Shown: positions 1 through 13,505 of the stretch, piece after piece | Position numbering within the stretch: the first letter of the stretch is position 1 | Layout: each line of letters begins with the position of its first letter | NCBI GenBank assembly: GCA_001949185.1 | Contig: BDGG01000002.1 | Coordinates: forward strand, 2,787,826 to 2,851,825 | Direction of reading: 5' to 3' | DNA: 64,000 bases | Source: Ramazzottius varieornatus | Taxonomy: Eukaryota; Animalia; Tardigrada | Program-made: the position numbers and the translations under genes | The notes under the pieces: model-generated | What the model was told of the DNA's origin: nothing | The model's input: only the letters and a program-made list of their open reading frames with translations | The model's database searches: none

Positions 1-330
1 TCTGACGTTTCTTCAGCATCATGCCCGAAGTCGGGCGAGACCTTGGCGCTGTGGCACTTGGATCGCCAAGCTTCTTTGACTTTCGTCTGTCCATCGCACC
101 TCTTTACTCGTATCAAGCAACGTTTAGCTTCCAGGCTAACTTATTACCAGCGGTGCGAGAATCAACGTGACAACAGGCGGTACAAATAAAAACCAACTTG
201 ACGACGTTATTTCCAAAGTAACCACGACAGTTTTCTCGTTGTTTGATCATAAAGAGGCTATGCTGCATAGATCAGTGGTAATGGTCAGAAGAGGGACAAC
301 AGAGAGTATGATGAATCACAGAAGATATCT

Positions 331-1184
331 CTATCCTGTACGAAGAACGATATGACAGCCGGACTCGGTGAAGAACGGTTCGCTGATTTCTCCAGTGGTC
401 ATTCCGAAGGCTACGTCCTCAAATGCTTTCTGCATTTGTCCCCGACCGAAGAAACCCAGATCTCCTCCCTTGTGCGCTGAGCTGCAGTCGCTGTACTTGC
501 TCGCAATCTGCTCGAACGTGGCATCGCCGTTCTCAATCTGTTTTCGGTAGCCTAAAACGAAAACACTGACGAACCGGAAACTTCAGACGAGGGGCGGCTG
601 AAAATGAAATCTGTACCCAGGTGCATGTTGCATGCAGTTATAAAGTGGAGATTGCATCATGAGCCCAGATACGCACAGTAGGCCCCAACAGTAGTAAATA
701 CGGGGAACACAATGCGCACGTACGGTATGCGCAACCGTGCGCCACATTGTATGGAAATTCACGCATTCTGCGTAAACATCTCCCTCGAAGAAAACTTACC
801 TTCAATAATGGCTAGTGCTTCGTCTTTGGAGCGTGTAATATTCTCCTGTCTCCAGGAAGATGGGCGACGAGAATCTCGGTGCTTGGCCAAGATGTGAGAA
901 GCCCTAACTTGGCTGGTCTGATTGCTTCTAGCCGAACGAGCCTCTTCTTCCGTTGGCACTGTCCAGCGGCTTTCCTGTGTTTCGGTGTTGAAGTAATACT
1001 CCTTTCCTAAAATCACATGCTTCGGTAAACTTCTACCCAGTAGCTAAATGCCCCCACATCCGCGAATATCGGACGAAATATTTCAGTATCAACAGTACAA
1101 GAGTACCTTATGGCGTTATCGGCTTACTGTACCTGTAGACTTGCTGATGTTCTTTACCCATCCTGGAGGCAGCTGATCGCCCAT
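331..1184 (-). CDS. Pin1: Peptidyl-prolyl cis-trans isomerase Pin1 (WW + parvulin), 3 exons: 1184-1133, 1006-800, 551-331
   Basis: Spliced translation [18 protein letters not shown]|[17 protein letters not shown]...[31 protein letters not shown]...|[46 protein letters not shown]...[12 protein letters not shown]. Both introns are GT-AG phase 1 and consistent. Confidence 0.96.
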
Positions 1185-1456
1185 GACGCATCAACAGTCT
1201 CAACAATGTCGTCCGAACACCTCTGCGAATCTGGAAATCGGCGAATCTGTGAGACGACTCTCCGGTCTCTCCGGAAGATAGCTTCAAAAATCAAGACAAC
1301 CTGCAATGCAATGTCATGGACAGCGGTGGACGGGGGGATCTACTCAGCCAAATATCCAATCACGGAACTGTCACTTACCACCTGCCAAGCACCGGCGGAA
1401 CAGGGAAACTTTATCATCAGTGCGCAAAGTCTACCTCTACTGAACAGGAGAACCGG

Positions 1457-1596
1457 TGTTCGGACGACATTCGGAACGGCATTTTTCATATGAACAATAC
1501 TGATTGACATATTGCCGTTCCAAAGCTGGGCTGCAATTGATCTTGCGATCAATCTTTTTGATATAGAAAATATCGTGCCGAATGTCCTTCGAACAT
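1457..1596. repeat. Degenerate foldback (MITE-like) element
   Basis: Arm tgttcggacgacattcggaacggcatttttcatatg... pairs imperfectly with ...atatagaaaatatcgtgccgaatgtccttcgaaca. A further related arm (aatgtcgtccgaacacc) lies at about 1205-1221. Confidence 0.5.
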
Positions 1597-4500
1597 AATA
1601 ACCTTTATTGTCCGAATGCTCTGCCAAGCTAAGTGCTTAGGGGACAAAATTTGAAGAAAAAAAATTGGCAAGAAAGCCGTGGAGAAAAAGAGAGCTGCTG
1701 TACAAAAATACAACTATACAACCAACAGAGGATCGATAAAATCCTTGCACCACTTCAGGTTTGAAAATTTAAAGTTTAACAAGTAGTTCTCAAAAGTGCC
1801 AAGAGTGAGCAACTGACCAGGACTAGGGCTAAAGAGTGGATCTTTGAGAATCTCTGCAGCAACGTAGGCGAAGGAGGCGATAGTGGAGTCCAACAGCTTG
1901 CACGATGCTGGAGCGAAGCTGACAGGTGACAGGAGAAAATCTTTGGACTGGCTCCTGGTGGTCCTTCCGGGCATTACTCTTTTCGTGATGAGGTCGCCAC
2001 CTGCAAACATACCTTTCTAGATCGCGTAAGTATTTAACAGAATACCTTCTAGTCTTCTTTGCCATAAAGGATGCCACCCAGTCTCGCCGAGATGTTGCCG
2101 GTATTGCGAGAAGTATGCATCGTGTCTTCCGTTATCTTCCAAGCAGCCCAGGCGAATACTCTGCAGGAATTTCTTTTGGATGTTCTCAAGCTTCTTTTTT
2201 AGCCCTTTCCCCGTGGTGTGCCATGATAATGAAGCATAGTCCATTACTGATCGAACTAAGCTCTTGAATAGAGGCTGCTTGACCATACCGAAACGACGAT
2301 GGAGAAAGGCTTTGATGGAGTAAAGTCTTTCTCTGCATTTGGCTACCACCTTGTCCACTTGACCTGCCCAGTCCATTCGGCTCGAGATCGTCACACCTAG
2401 GCACTCGGCTTCGGCTTCGGTCGGGATGACCCACTGCATTGAAGCTGTAGCTACCAAATGGAATGGCAGTCTTTCTCATCTTATTAGAGATGCGGAGATG
2501 CTGCGATTTTTGGAGGTTGATCTCGAGTCCAACCTCGCAACACCATTTTGCCAAGTTGTTCAGGTCTTCCTGCGAAGCATGGCAGTCTTCTTCAACACTC
2601 ACGTTCCTGTACAGGACGATGTCATCTGCGTACTGTAGTACTCTTGACTGGACAGCTCCCGAGAGGCCATTTACTGCAACAGTGAAGAAGGTAGGCCCCA
2701 GGATGGAACCCTGAGGTACTCCAGACTTCACTGCTATCTCTTCTGAAAAGAAACCATCTACCATCACTCTCTGACTTCTACCCTTCAAGTAGTCAGAGAA
2801 GAGCGCCAGGAGGTGTTCATCCACGCCATGCTTCCGGAGACTGGCGACTATGACGTCATGCGGTAGTCTGTCGAAGGCCTTGGTACAATCGAGAAAGATG
2901 ACGTCTGCTTCTTTCCTCTCCAGAAGGACCTGCGAGAACTGATGACACATCTGCAAGAGTGCATCTCCGTGGATCACTGACGCCTAAAACCGAACTGAGA
3001 ATCAGAGTACAGCTTGTTACTATCGAGAAAGTGGGTGACATGGTCGGCAAGGATTTTCTCGAAGAGCTTCGAGAGGGGAGGCAGGAGCGATATTGGGCGG
3101 AAGGCGGAGCCATCTTTCTTCGGAACGGCAACGACGTCTGCCATCTTCCAGGCTGTGGGAAACTTTCCAGACAGAAGGATCAGGTTGAATTGTCTACAGA
3201 GAGGGTAAATGATGGTCGTACAATGATGGTCGTCTGTACCTGCAATCTTAAGAAGATGGTTTGTAATGAAAGAGGATCCAGCTGCTTTTAGGGCGTCCTG
3301 CTTGCGGATGATGCTCAGAATCGATGAAGTGGAGATCTGTAGTTCATGACAATGGACGGAGGATGGTGGAGTTATTCGACATGGTAGGGACTTGTATTAC
3401 TGACTGCAGTGGGCTGAACAATCGACGTACTCTTTGGCGAATACAGTGCTCATATGGTTTGCTTTGTCTGGAGGATGAACCAGATATCTCTCTTCGCTGC
3501 CGGGAATCGGAATGGGAGGGAAGGGGTTTGAGACGGTGTTCTTCTTGAGATACTGCCAGACCGCTCGTGGGTTTCTTTTGGATGACGATGCTATGGTACG
3601 GAGTTTTCGATATCGATCAGCGCGAATCAGTCTCTTGCTACGGATTTCCAATTCCTTCCAAGCATCGTAGTCTTTCGAATCCTTTGTCCTCCTCCACTTC
3701 TGAAAGGCACCTCTGGACTTTCGTAGACTCTCAACAGTCGTGGCCGAAAGCGAGGGACTTAGAAGGCGTCTGGATCCTACAGACCTGAGCCGAAAGCAGT
3801 CTTTTGCAGTAGCGAGGAACAGTTTATGAAACGATATGACTACCACGTCAGCATTGCAGTGCATATCAAAGAAAGCACCTCAATCAACAGAAGAACGGCT
3901 GGTGCGAAATTTTCATGCACCGTCGTCATCAAATTTCCATGTCTTCCTTAGCTTCACCGTCGTCTTTGGCGTCATGATCTCGAGGTTGAATCATATGCCA
4001 TGGTGGTCATTGGTAGCTGCAGGAGGCTTAATGATCCGCACGCCGCGAACTAGACTAACTTGGGAGGAGAAAACGAGGTCGAGCGATGAGCTGCTTCCAG
4101 GCTGTCTCGTACATTCTTTCACTTTCTGCCATAGCCGGAACTCTTTCTGCAGGGACAGCAAGTCTCTCTCTCTGATGCGCCGCCAGCATCCCTCGACCAG
4201 TCAAGTTCCGGGCAGTTGAAATCCCCGACTAGGACGATGTTTCGACGAAGATAGGGAGTAATGCGCTCCATGGAGGTACGTAGCTTACTGAAGACGTCGA
4301 CGTCGTAGCCAGGAGCGTAGATCACTCCTAACAACAAGTTCATGCGTAATGCTATTACTTTTACCCATGAACTTCGAGGCCTGCAACCTCCAGTTCATAC
4401 ATCCTGATGATCCGGATGTCTTTCTTGACGGCTAGCGCGATACCATCATCAGACTCTCTTCTGCATCCAAGCCGATCAAGTCGTTCGAGCTTGTAATGAT

Positions 4501-4910
4501 CAAGGTCGCAGAAAGAGCAATCAACCGTAGCCGTGTCATCCATGGTCTCAACAAGCGCAACGACATCCGCTTTCCCTTCTTCCATCCACTTCTCAACTTC
4601 TTCGCTCTTGCTCCGGATACCGTTGACGTTCGCGTACCGGACTACTAGCTTCCTCCCAACTTCTCCTGTGTGCTGCGGTACAGGCATGGCGATTTGTAAG
4701 AGAGAAAACGCCTCGAAAGAGATCGATCTTCCTCGGCAAGACAGATATTTAGGGAGCGACTCACTCGACGGAGGTCCCTTGGCTAGCCACCTGCCGATCC
4801 CAATGCGCCTGTAGCGTCATAAAGTTCCTACTTTTGCAAGCAGGGAGCTCTCAACTACCATTGGGGGCCAAGAAGGTGCAGACAAGATGGCGTTCTGCGG
4901 GAGGGTCAAT
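1596..4910 (-). mobile_element. Decayed non-LTR retrotransposon (APE endonuclease + RT, CR1/L2-like), copy 1
   Basis: APE motifs YANVNGIRSK..ALVET (4361-4687) and VLVGDFNCP (4119-4343). RT motifs FLDCTKAFD, GVPQGSILGP, QYADD, CLGV (2017-2977). Several frameshifts. The 3' end has AATAAA plus a short (TTA)n tail at about 1596-1612. The 5' boundary is approximate. Confidence 0.92.
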
Positions 4911-5053
4911 CAAGTTGATTGAAAATTCAAATTAATAGACAAGCTGAACTGAGGAGCTAAAAGCTGAAAATGAAACATCAAGTCTCCTGTTCAGTAGGGT
5001 AGAATCTGCGCACTGACGACAAAACTGACTGTTATAATACTTCATACCAGATC

Positions 5054-5218
5054 TAGTGCTGGGATAAATACGATAAAAATACGATATGATATTTTCTGAT
5101 AAATATCTTTCAATATTTATATTTCGATTTAGATATCAACCACGTATCGATATTTTGATATGATACGTTTCTGATCTTTTATTGTTGATATATCGAATTT
5201 TTTAACAGTGATATATCA
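5054..5218. mobile_element. Truncated hAT-type MITE end (TAGTGCTGG.. TIR family)
   Basis: Starts tagtgctgggataaatacgataaaaatacgatat, related to the elements at 10348 and 56212. It is cut off by the tail of LINE copy 2. Confidence 0.6.
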
Positions 5219-8200
5219 TTATTATTTTATTATTATTCGCTTTACTCGTCTTAAATCGCCAGCAAACAAAAGCAGAGCCTTGTAGGCAAAATTTGGCAAG
5301 AGAGCCTTAGAGAAAAAGGTAGATCAGGTAACAAATAGCACAGATCGCTACAACAAACAACTATCGATATTTTTCTTACACCATTCAAAATTTCTCACAT
5401 CCAGTTTTGTTATGTAACGTCTAAAAGCAGATAGGCTAAGGCAGTCAGCTACAGAAGGGGACAAAAGGCGATCATTGACAAGAGAAGAAGCTACGTATGC
5501 AAAGGAATCGGCAGAGACATTCCAGATATCTTTCTGTTTCAGCGTCGTTGTGGGCTTCATCCTGAATCGATGGTCGCATCCGGCCCTCAGTGCTTGGTTC
5601 CTCGTGGTAGGTCTTTGTGAAGCTGACTCTTGCGGCGCTGCACTGCTTGGGAGGTGTCCATCAGGAAAGTTATTAGCCCAGATCTTATACGCATTAACAA
5701 TCGCTGCTTTGCATCAACGCTGCCACAAGTATTCCCACTGCACTTCAGCCAGGTGCTGACGGTACTGGCTGAAATCGCTATCGTGTTGCTTGATCCTTAC
5801 TCAACCTGATGCTCTTGAGGAAATCTTTTTGGACTTGCTCGAGCTGTTTTTGAAGAGTCTTTGATGAGGGATTCCAGACAGAAATTGCATACTCAGCAAC
5901 ACTCCGAGAAAGACTCTTGAATAGCATCTGTCTTGCAGCGCCCATCTGCACCGGGACGAACGTCTTGATGGCATGGAGTCTTTTGCCGCACTTGGAAGTT
6001 ATCGCGTCAACGTGAACAGTCCAACTCAGCCTCCTATCTACTATAACGCCCAGGCAGGTGGCTCGACTTACCGCAGGGATCTTTTCCTGGTTGATCGAAT
6101 AGCTATCGCCAGACACGGCGATGCTCCGCTTCGCTTGAAGGTAAACCGCACGTGCTGCGACTTGGTCGGGTTAAGGCTGAGGCCGGCTTTCGAACAGTTC
6201 TCTCCCAGCTGGTCGAGGTTTGCTTGGAAGTTGAGGCAGTCTTCGGCACTACTCACCACTTGGTACATCACAACAACATCAGCGTACTGGTACATTGGAC
6301 AACTGATTGAGCGTGACAGCCCATTGACAGCTAAGATGAAGAATAGTGGACCTAACACTGAACGCTGAGGTACTCCGGAGCGCACTTACTGTACTCACTG
6401 TAGTAGCCGCCCACAGTGACTCGCTGTTTCCTCCCCCGCCCATAGTCCGACAATAGTGCCAGCACGTCCACTACAATGCCATGGTTCTCCAGACTTTCGA
6501 TCAGCACTTCGTGAGGAACCCTGTCGAAAGCTTTGGTACAGTCAAGGAAAACTGCATCCACTTCTTTCTTTGCCGAAAGAGCTTGACTCCACCGGTGGAC
6601 CATGTGCATAAAGCTGCGATTCCGTCGATCTCCTGGACTTGTTTGTCCGAAAACAAACTATTGCGCTCTAGAAAGGAGGACACTTGGATAGCAATGATCT
6701 TCTCGAAAATTTTAGAGAGAGGTGGTAACAGCGAGATAGGTTTCCAAGTGGCGCCGCCTTTCTTTCGAATCGGGACTACATCGGCTCGCTTCCAGGAGGA
6801 TGGTAACTGCTTTGTCTGGAGGAACAGGTTGAGCAGGCGTACGAGAGAAAAGGAGAGTGACGTGCCTGCAGCCCTTATTAACGCATTCGTGATGAGTGAC
6901 GAGCCAGCTGCCTTCTTTACTGGGAGATTCTTCAGCACACTCCACACGGTGGCAGTTGAGACTGGTGGTAGTTGAAACCGGGGGCTGGTGGTCGCTACCG
7001 GCTGCCTGCTGTCAGTTCGGTGGTTTCTGCAGTGGTCGTTGCAGTCTCGGTATTCTTTCAGGAAGACACGGGCGATGAAGTCAGCTTTGGCTTTCGGATG
7101 GACTATGTACTTGTCGACTGAGTCAGCTACTGGAATTGGAGGAAGGCTTTCCGACTTTGTTCATGCTTCCACACGGCGTCTGGATTACGGCGTGATGATG
7201 TGGCTATGTTACGCAGGTATCTCGTCTTTGCTGCCCTCTTTGATATCCTCGCACATTCGACCCATCTTGTGAAGGCGCTCATCTCTTTTGACCTATTCCA
7301 CAGACGGAAAGCCGCATCGCGTCTCTTAAGACTGTCAACAGTCCGTGACGAGAGCGATGGTCTTGTTAGGCGTTTCGAGCTGATCATCTTCAGTCTGAAG
7401 TGTCGTCGCGCGATCTCTATCAGTTTGGCTTCAAAGCAGGCAGTGGCCAGGTCAGAGTTACACTGTACCGTAAAAAATCGTTTCCAGTCGACAGCACGTA
7501 TGTCCTTTCTGAGCTGGGTGACGTCACCAGTATCGAAAATCCAGGTTGGTCTCGGAGGTGATGGGAAGCTGCAAGTCCATAAATCCACGAACCACTGTAT
7601 CCCAGCATGATCATTCTTACTTGACGGTGGAGGCACAATGGAGACACAGCGTACTAGGCTCAGTTGACTGACGAAAACCAGGTCCAGGCATGAGCAGGAC
7701 GTCTTGCGTTGTCGCGTGTCACCTCTCACTCTTTGGAATATCGCAAACTCCTTAATGACGGACACCAACTCCCGCGTGCGTCTTGTCTTCACCGATGTTT
7801 CTTCGATGCTGTAGTCGGGACAGTTGAAGTCCCCAAGAAGAACTAGATTCCGTCGAAGGCGAGGTGGTATCAGCTGCAGCGACGTTCGTAGCTTCGTGAA
7901 GACATCCAGATCGTAGCCCGGGGCATACAGTACACCAACGAGAAGGTTCGTTCTAACACTAATAAATTTCACCCAAAGGAGCTCCAGACTTTCCTCATAC
8001 TCGGCACCAGACTCCACACTTCATACTCGGCTGCACTGATGGTTTGCAGCTCTTTCTTACAGATGAGAGTGACGCCTCCTCCGTTCTCTTTCTGGCAACC
8101 TGTCCTGGCTTTCCTGTGAACATCAAAAAGGTCCAAATCAGCAATCAACGCGTCCGCCACACTGTCATCGGCCATAGTTTCAACGAAGGCACCGATATCG

Positions 8201-8745
8201 GCTTTGCTCCTGCTGATCCAGCTCTTTACTTCTTCTGTATTCGACTTGATACCATTGAGATTAGCATAGCGCAGGGTAAGCTTCTTCCCGACTTGTCCCG
8301 TCGACACATCCATCATCCAGAAATGAGGAGAAGTCCAGGCAGCAACAGACTACCACAGCGAGCAAATCAACAACGGTTCGGTTGATTGGAGGTTAATCAC
8401 AACAGTGGTATCTCCTGGCTAGTGCGATGCCTGCCCAGAGCTCGCCACTCCAGGCAAACTCCCGGAAATAGAGGATTCATCCCTAGGAAGTTTGCCCAGA
8501 AAGTCTGGGGCCACCCGAAAGAGAAGTTGAAGCCCAGATGGAAGGACTTTCGAAAATGGTTAAAACCAGTTGAACTTTCGGAGACAGCGACCAAGCTACG
8601 TCAAACCAGTACCATGTTGAAAACGATCGAAATCAAGAAAAAGCCAAAGAGATTCGCGGTGGTGGCACCCTAACGGGTACTGTTGTCGCCGAGGGAGGGT
8701 AAAAGGGAAGAAAACAGGAACTGGGATGATGGCAGCGCGTATCCC
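5218..8745 (-). mobile_element. Decayed non-LTR retrotransposon (APE + RT), copy 2, diverged relative of copy 1
   Basis: YANLNGIKSN..FVET (7969-8316), LLGDFNCP and CLDLVF..NDHA (7127-8017), WKPISLLPPLSKIFEK, FLDCTKAFD, GVPQRSVLGP, QYADV (mutated YADD). C-terminus homologous to copy 1. (TAA)n-like tail at about 5218-5237. Many frameshifts. Confidence 0.92.
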
Positions 8746-8949
8746 AAGTTCCCAACCCTTGAATTACTCCCTGTGACTCCGAATGCAATGCTATAGCCTT
8801 ATCTCCTCCTTTTGTGACCTACTTTCGCTTCTGCTCAGTCACATTCCATTCACAAGCTCTTCTCCATTAATGTTGCACTTCGCATTTCACTGGGCAAAGT
8901 TCAGCAGAGGGGTTCAAACTAAGGTTCTAAATTCGTAATTTCAACCCTT

Positions 8950-9500
8950 TCCAAATTCCGTTCCATTCTTGGAATTCCGTTCCGTCCCAAACGGCTACCC
9001 CTTGGGGTAGCCGTTTGGAATAGGAATTCCTATTTGGAAAAGCAGCAAAAATCGGAGAAAATTTAGGAATTCCACGAGGGAAACAGTCGAAGATCCAGCA
9101 GATCCTGTCCAAAAACTGAACCCGATGCTGGCTCACACATGCGTACCACTGAGGCTAATTGGTCGTTCAGCTGAACGACCAATAGCATTTTCGATCCGTC
9201 GCACTAAAGTATGCGGCGCATTCAATTGTGGGTAAGTCCTTGATTTTGCCTTGATTTTTCAGATACGACAAGACCGAAAGGTCGGATCGGCCAATCTCCA
9301 GCTGGCTTTGTCTTAAAACCAATATTTTTGATGACTTCAGATCATGTTTACTGTTTTAGATGGGTATGAAAAAACAACTAAACTGACAAATGGGACTTAG
9401 GAATTCCAGATTTTTGCGAGGACCTTCTGGAGAAGGAAATAGGAATATAGGAATATTAGGATTTCCTTTCCTATGTTCCATTCCAAGGGCGTTCGGCCTG
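8950..9500. repeat. Palindromic GGAAT/ATTCC-rich MITE-like region
   Basis: Perfect 15-bp inverted repeat ccaaacggctacccc-tt-ggggtagccgtttgg (8987-9018), perfect 26-bp palindrome attggtcgttcagctgaacgaccaat (9158-9183), and GGAAT/ATTCC subterminal repeats. Confidence 0.55.
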
Positions 9501-10347
9501 GAATTCACAACCTTAGTTCGAATACAAACTTACGAACGAAATCTGCTCCGCAACGACAGCTCGTGCCCGAAAATCCAATGTTAGACCGCCTGATGTTTTT
9601 TGACATGAGATAACATGGGGTATCAAGGCGCATGCAAGGGTTACTAGTAAGCAATGTTATCTTAATCATTGATAGGAAATCGATTTTATGAATTGAAATC
9701 GTTTTAATTGTGCGGGTCGGTGTTCGCTTGATTGATCGATCCATAGTAGGAAATTGAATTTTAATTTTAGTAGTTGAAATCGTCAGCGATAATTGATTTT
9801 ACTTGCAGTCAGCCGATCACGTTGACTTATCATTAGCACGTGACTTTTGAAAATTTTATTTGCATAGTCAATCAATACCGTTAGTAAGCTCTGCAAGCAT
9901 TACGTAATAGCCTCTTACTGTGTCGACGGCAACAAAACAAAACAGCTGTCGTTCACTACGTTCGAGTCAGAACAGTGAGATTTCTCCGTGTACGCGAGTG
10001 TGTTCGTTGCTCGATCTATCAAGGTCTGTCGTTACACACCTAGGTACGCTGACTGTTCACTTCTCCGAAGTCAGCTTGGATGCATGTGCGCGATACATTA
10101 CGGGTGAGGCTGCGCTGCCTGCGCGGTACCGAACCGGAGTACTGACTTCCGAAGTTCCGATTCTCAAGTGCGGGTTTGCGATTTATCGATACATCATCAA
10201 TATAGCGATATACCGCGATATTTATCGTTTATACTCCGCTCAGCGAAATTCTGTCCATATCGATATTTCGATATAATATTTTTGTCATATCGAATCACTG
10301 ATGTCGTGTATTTCGATAAGGTACGATATATTATTTGTCCTAGCACT

Positions 10348-10965
10348 TACTGCTGGCAACGATACGGTATACCGATATGGGATCGAAACATCGAATCTTT
10401 GCGATAAAATATGCGGCAGATATCGTATCGAGAATATGGATATGAAACTCGTGTCGAATAATGCAACAAAATATTCGGCAATATCGTATCGCGCCATATC
10501 GATATATTTTCGATATATCGGTATTTTGCTGAATGGCAAACTCGCCAGTGACATCTCGTTCACGAAAGACTATGGTTGGTTCCAAAACTTTATCTCGGCC
10601 ACGGTGTACCGAGCACACTCCACCCATTCGGTTCTGGTACTAATTCTGTCCAGATTTCCATGCGTTTAAAGTCTCGGTATAGTCATGTCTTTGCTGCATC
10701 CGACGCTTTCGATCTTACTGATACTTTACGTGGAAATCGGCTTTTTGAGTTTTTGGGCTTGGACCAGTAAAATTCCGAAAAACTAAAATTCCAGAAATAT
10801 CTATATATCGCTGCGATATGATACGATATATCGAAAATACGTTAACGGAAACTTATCGTATCGAAATATCGATGTCGAATGAATATCGAAGACCGCGATA
10901 AAGTATCCGCCGATATTGTATCGAGAAATATCGTATCGAATTTTATCGTGTTTTTGCCAGCACTA
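10348..10965. mobile_element. Non-autonomous hAT MITE (CGATAT-rich), nested in the TIR of a related MITE (about 10170-10974)
   Basis: TIRs tactgctggcaa / ttgccagcacta; 8-bp flanks ctagcact / ccagcact (7/8). Inverted homologue of 56212-57013. Confidence 0.85.
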
Positions 10966-13505
10966 CCAGCACTAGCTAAGTAATACGTGACAGCTGAGAA
11001 GAGCTCGATATCAGGCTGAGATGCCCAAGGGGACTCTGAATCGCAAACTCATCAGAGGAAGTTCGAGCTCTAGACGGCACGATCCTTTTCTCAGGATGAT
11101 GCTCCGATTTTCTTCTGATTCTTCTGATTTTATTATGTTTTGTTGAGTCATGGCTCTGTGTCCGATCAATCAAATTCGTACGAATCAACTGGCGAAAACA
11201 GCTGGTCGATCAAAAAAGAATTGATTACTCTCAGGACCCTGCCGGTCAGACAATGGTACGACCGACAGGGTATGACGTTACCCGTGCTGCTCGCTGCACG
11301 ATCGGCAGCCACGCGGCTGCGTAACAAGGTAGGAAAGCAGAGGATCGTAAAATGGTAAAATCGCCAGGGTGGATTGGTAGGTTGGTTGATCACTAGTGAT
11401 TGACCATTGGTCTTTCTAGATTGAGCACCAGGGTCCGGTCATTGGTTTTGCTATGTTTCACCACCGATACTAGCCATTGGCATTGATAAGTTGACCGCCC
11501 AATCGCAGCTGGTTTATTAGCCCGTCCTTTCTGTCTATTGGTCAGTGGGCGTGGTAACCAGTCTGGGCGGAGTCCACCGTGTACCGGAGTTGATTATTTG
11601 ACTGAAAGACGCTTCTTACTGCGTCAGATGTGAACGAACCTTGGTTCCCTTCCTTTGATCTTTCCGCCATAGGCTCAGGCTTGTCATAAAGCACTGGGCC
11701 GCAGGTCCCAAAGTACGCTGTAACTGTGCTGCGCACATTACAAGGGCGCTGTACGCTGCGCTGTGCTGCACAACTTTCATGCCCAGTGGCTAAGTAGCTG
11801 TGCTGCAGATGCGCGTTGACCTGGTGCAACTCCGCGGAACACCGATGTATTAATGTGGTTTGTAATTCAGTCAGCGAAATCGGTAGTCAACCTGGAGAAC
11901 GTTGCCCTAAAGTACGGCAAAGCTGAGACGGCTGACGTTCGAACGCCCAAAGACTGTAATTTTTGTCAGGTTTCGGTAGGTGCATCCGCGCGGTAGTCTA
12001 TGCCTTTCTGCTGTATGCTGTGCTGTGCCGCACACATTTCGTCGATTTCCGTACTGGAGCTGTGCTGCAGCGCAGCACAGCTACAGTACAATGCAGCGCG
12101 TGCGGCCAGATTCCGTGCTCTAGCTTGCCGTAGTTTCCCCAATTTAAAGGCTTAAATTCCTCCGGAGAGTCCACATCGTGCTTCATCAGTCATTGCGAGA
12201 GCTCCATGTGTGGGGGGGGTGATGTGGTCTTGCTGTCAGAGAATGTTTTTCATTACTTTTGCATCACGAGAAAGTGTGGTTCAGCGAAGTGATGGATGTC
12301 TCTGCCTGAAGGAGTGATATGTTACCTCATAAAGTCGAGAAATTAATCGAAAGTGGTGGTTAGATTTCTGGGTCAGTAAAACTTTTTCTTGCGGGTGGTT
12401 CCGGAAGGTGATTTGCTTTGATCGCTTCGGTCATCTCAATCATTCGGGCTGATACGATGTTTTGTGTCGTTGTTTTTCGAACAAAATTCGATGCCGTGTT
12501 TGATCTTATTTATGATTTTATTTTTCGTGAACCGAAAACCCTACAGTCGACATATTGCTTCAGTGCGAAGAAAACATTCAACGCTAGAGGCGAAGGAAGC
12601 AATTATGACGCAGCAGAGGTGAAAGATAGCGATTAACCTGAACTTCGACAGATATGTCGGCGTGACGTAACGCTATCCGAGTTGGGGCGCCAGAACAGGT
12701 ACATACCGGAAATACAACAGACCAAACTTTAGGCGTGATTATATTCGCGAAGACACAACGTCGCGTCACATCAATCCTTGACCGGATAGATAAGAACGGA
12801 ATTCACAAAAATGGAATAAAAACGGTAAACAAAAGACCGACAAAGATGGGACGAAAGATGAACTGTCGCCAATGCCATGAAAGTACGGCTCCATGCCTGA
12901 ATCATAACTTCCGGTTTACTTTTCCCGCGAGTCTGAAATTAAGAAATTGAATGCAATTTCCTTGAAATTTATAACGAAATACCCAAGAAATCATTCTGGT
13001 TCATCAGCAATATGACAAGGAGTCAGGCGTTCATGCATGTACAAATTTTGCTGTAATTTCAAAACGCACTTTACGTTTCTCACCTGTCTAACCCGGTACA
13101 TTATCCCGGTTAATCGTCTTGGAATAACAGGTAGTCCAGCTTGACTGAAGGTCTGCAGAAATTTCGTCAATGCAGCGAAATGCTTAGGTGATAGCTCCCC
13201 AACCGGAACACCTCCAAGCGCAAAGGCTCAGGCTTGCCATAGTCTCCCAAATTTCAGGGCTTTAAAATGCCTGAACAGCTTTCTGCGATGACTCAAACGG
13301 CCTATGATTCATTCTAAAGCTCCGCTGGAAGGCCAGCCTTTTGGGCGGAGCTCTCGCAAAAAGTAGAAAAATCATCCGTCCACCGCTACTCGTCAGTGCT
13401 TATGCCATAAACATAAGTTACACAACACAAGCCAAAAACTTCTTCAGCTTCTTGCTGGTTTTATTTGTTGTTCTTCTGTACCGTGCTAAAAACCGTGTAT
13501 ATAAA

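Noticed and set aside
9920-10770. Several overlapping 80-120 aa ORFs rich in I/Y/R/D/S (also 56256-57059)
   Set aside because: Artefacts of the CGATAT-rich, stop-poor MITE sequence on both strands.
5054-10974. Idea that the MITE end at 5054 and the outer end at 10974 form one element split by LINE copy 2
   Set aside because: Flanking 8-mers (accagatc vs gctaagta) do not match, so a single element is unsupported.
11000-13300. Scattered small hairpins and a diverged repeat (gcttgcc(g/a)tagt..aaattt, near 12120 and 13230)
   Set aside because: Probably old repeat debris; no termini, TSD or coding signal could be defined.
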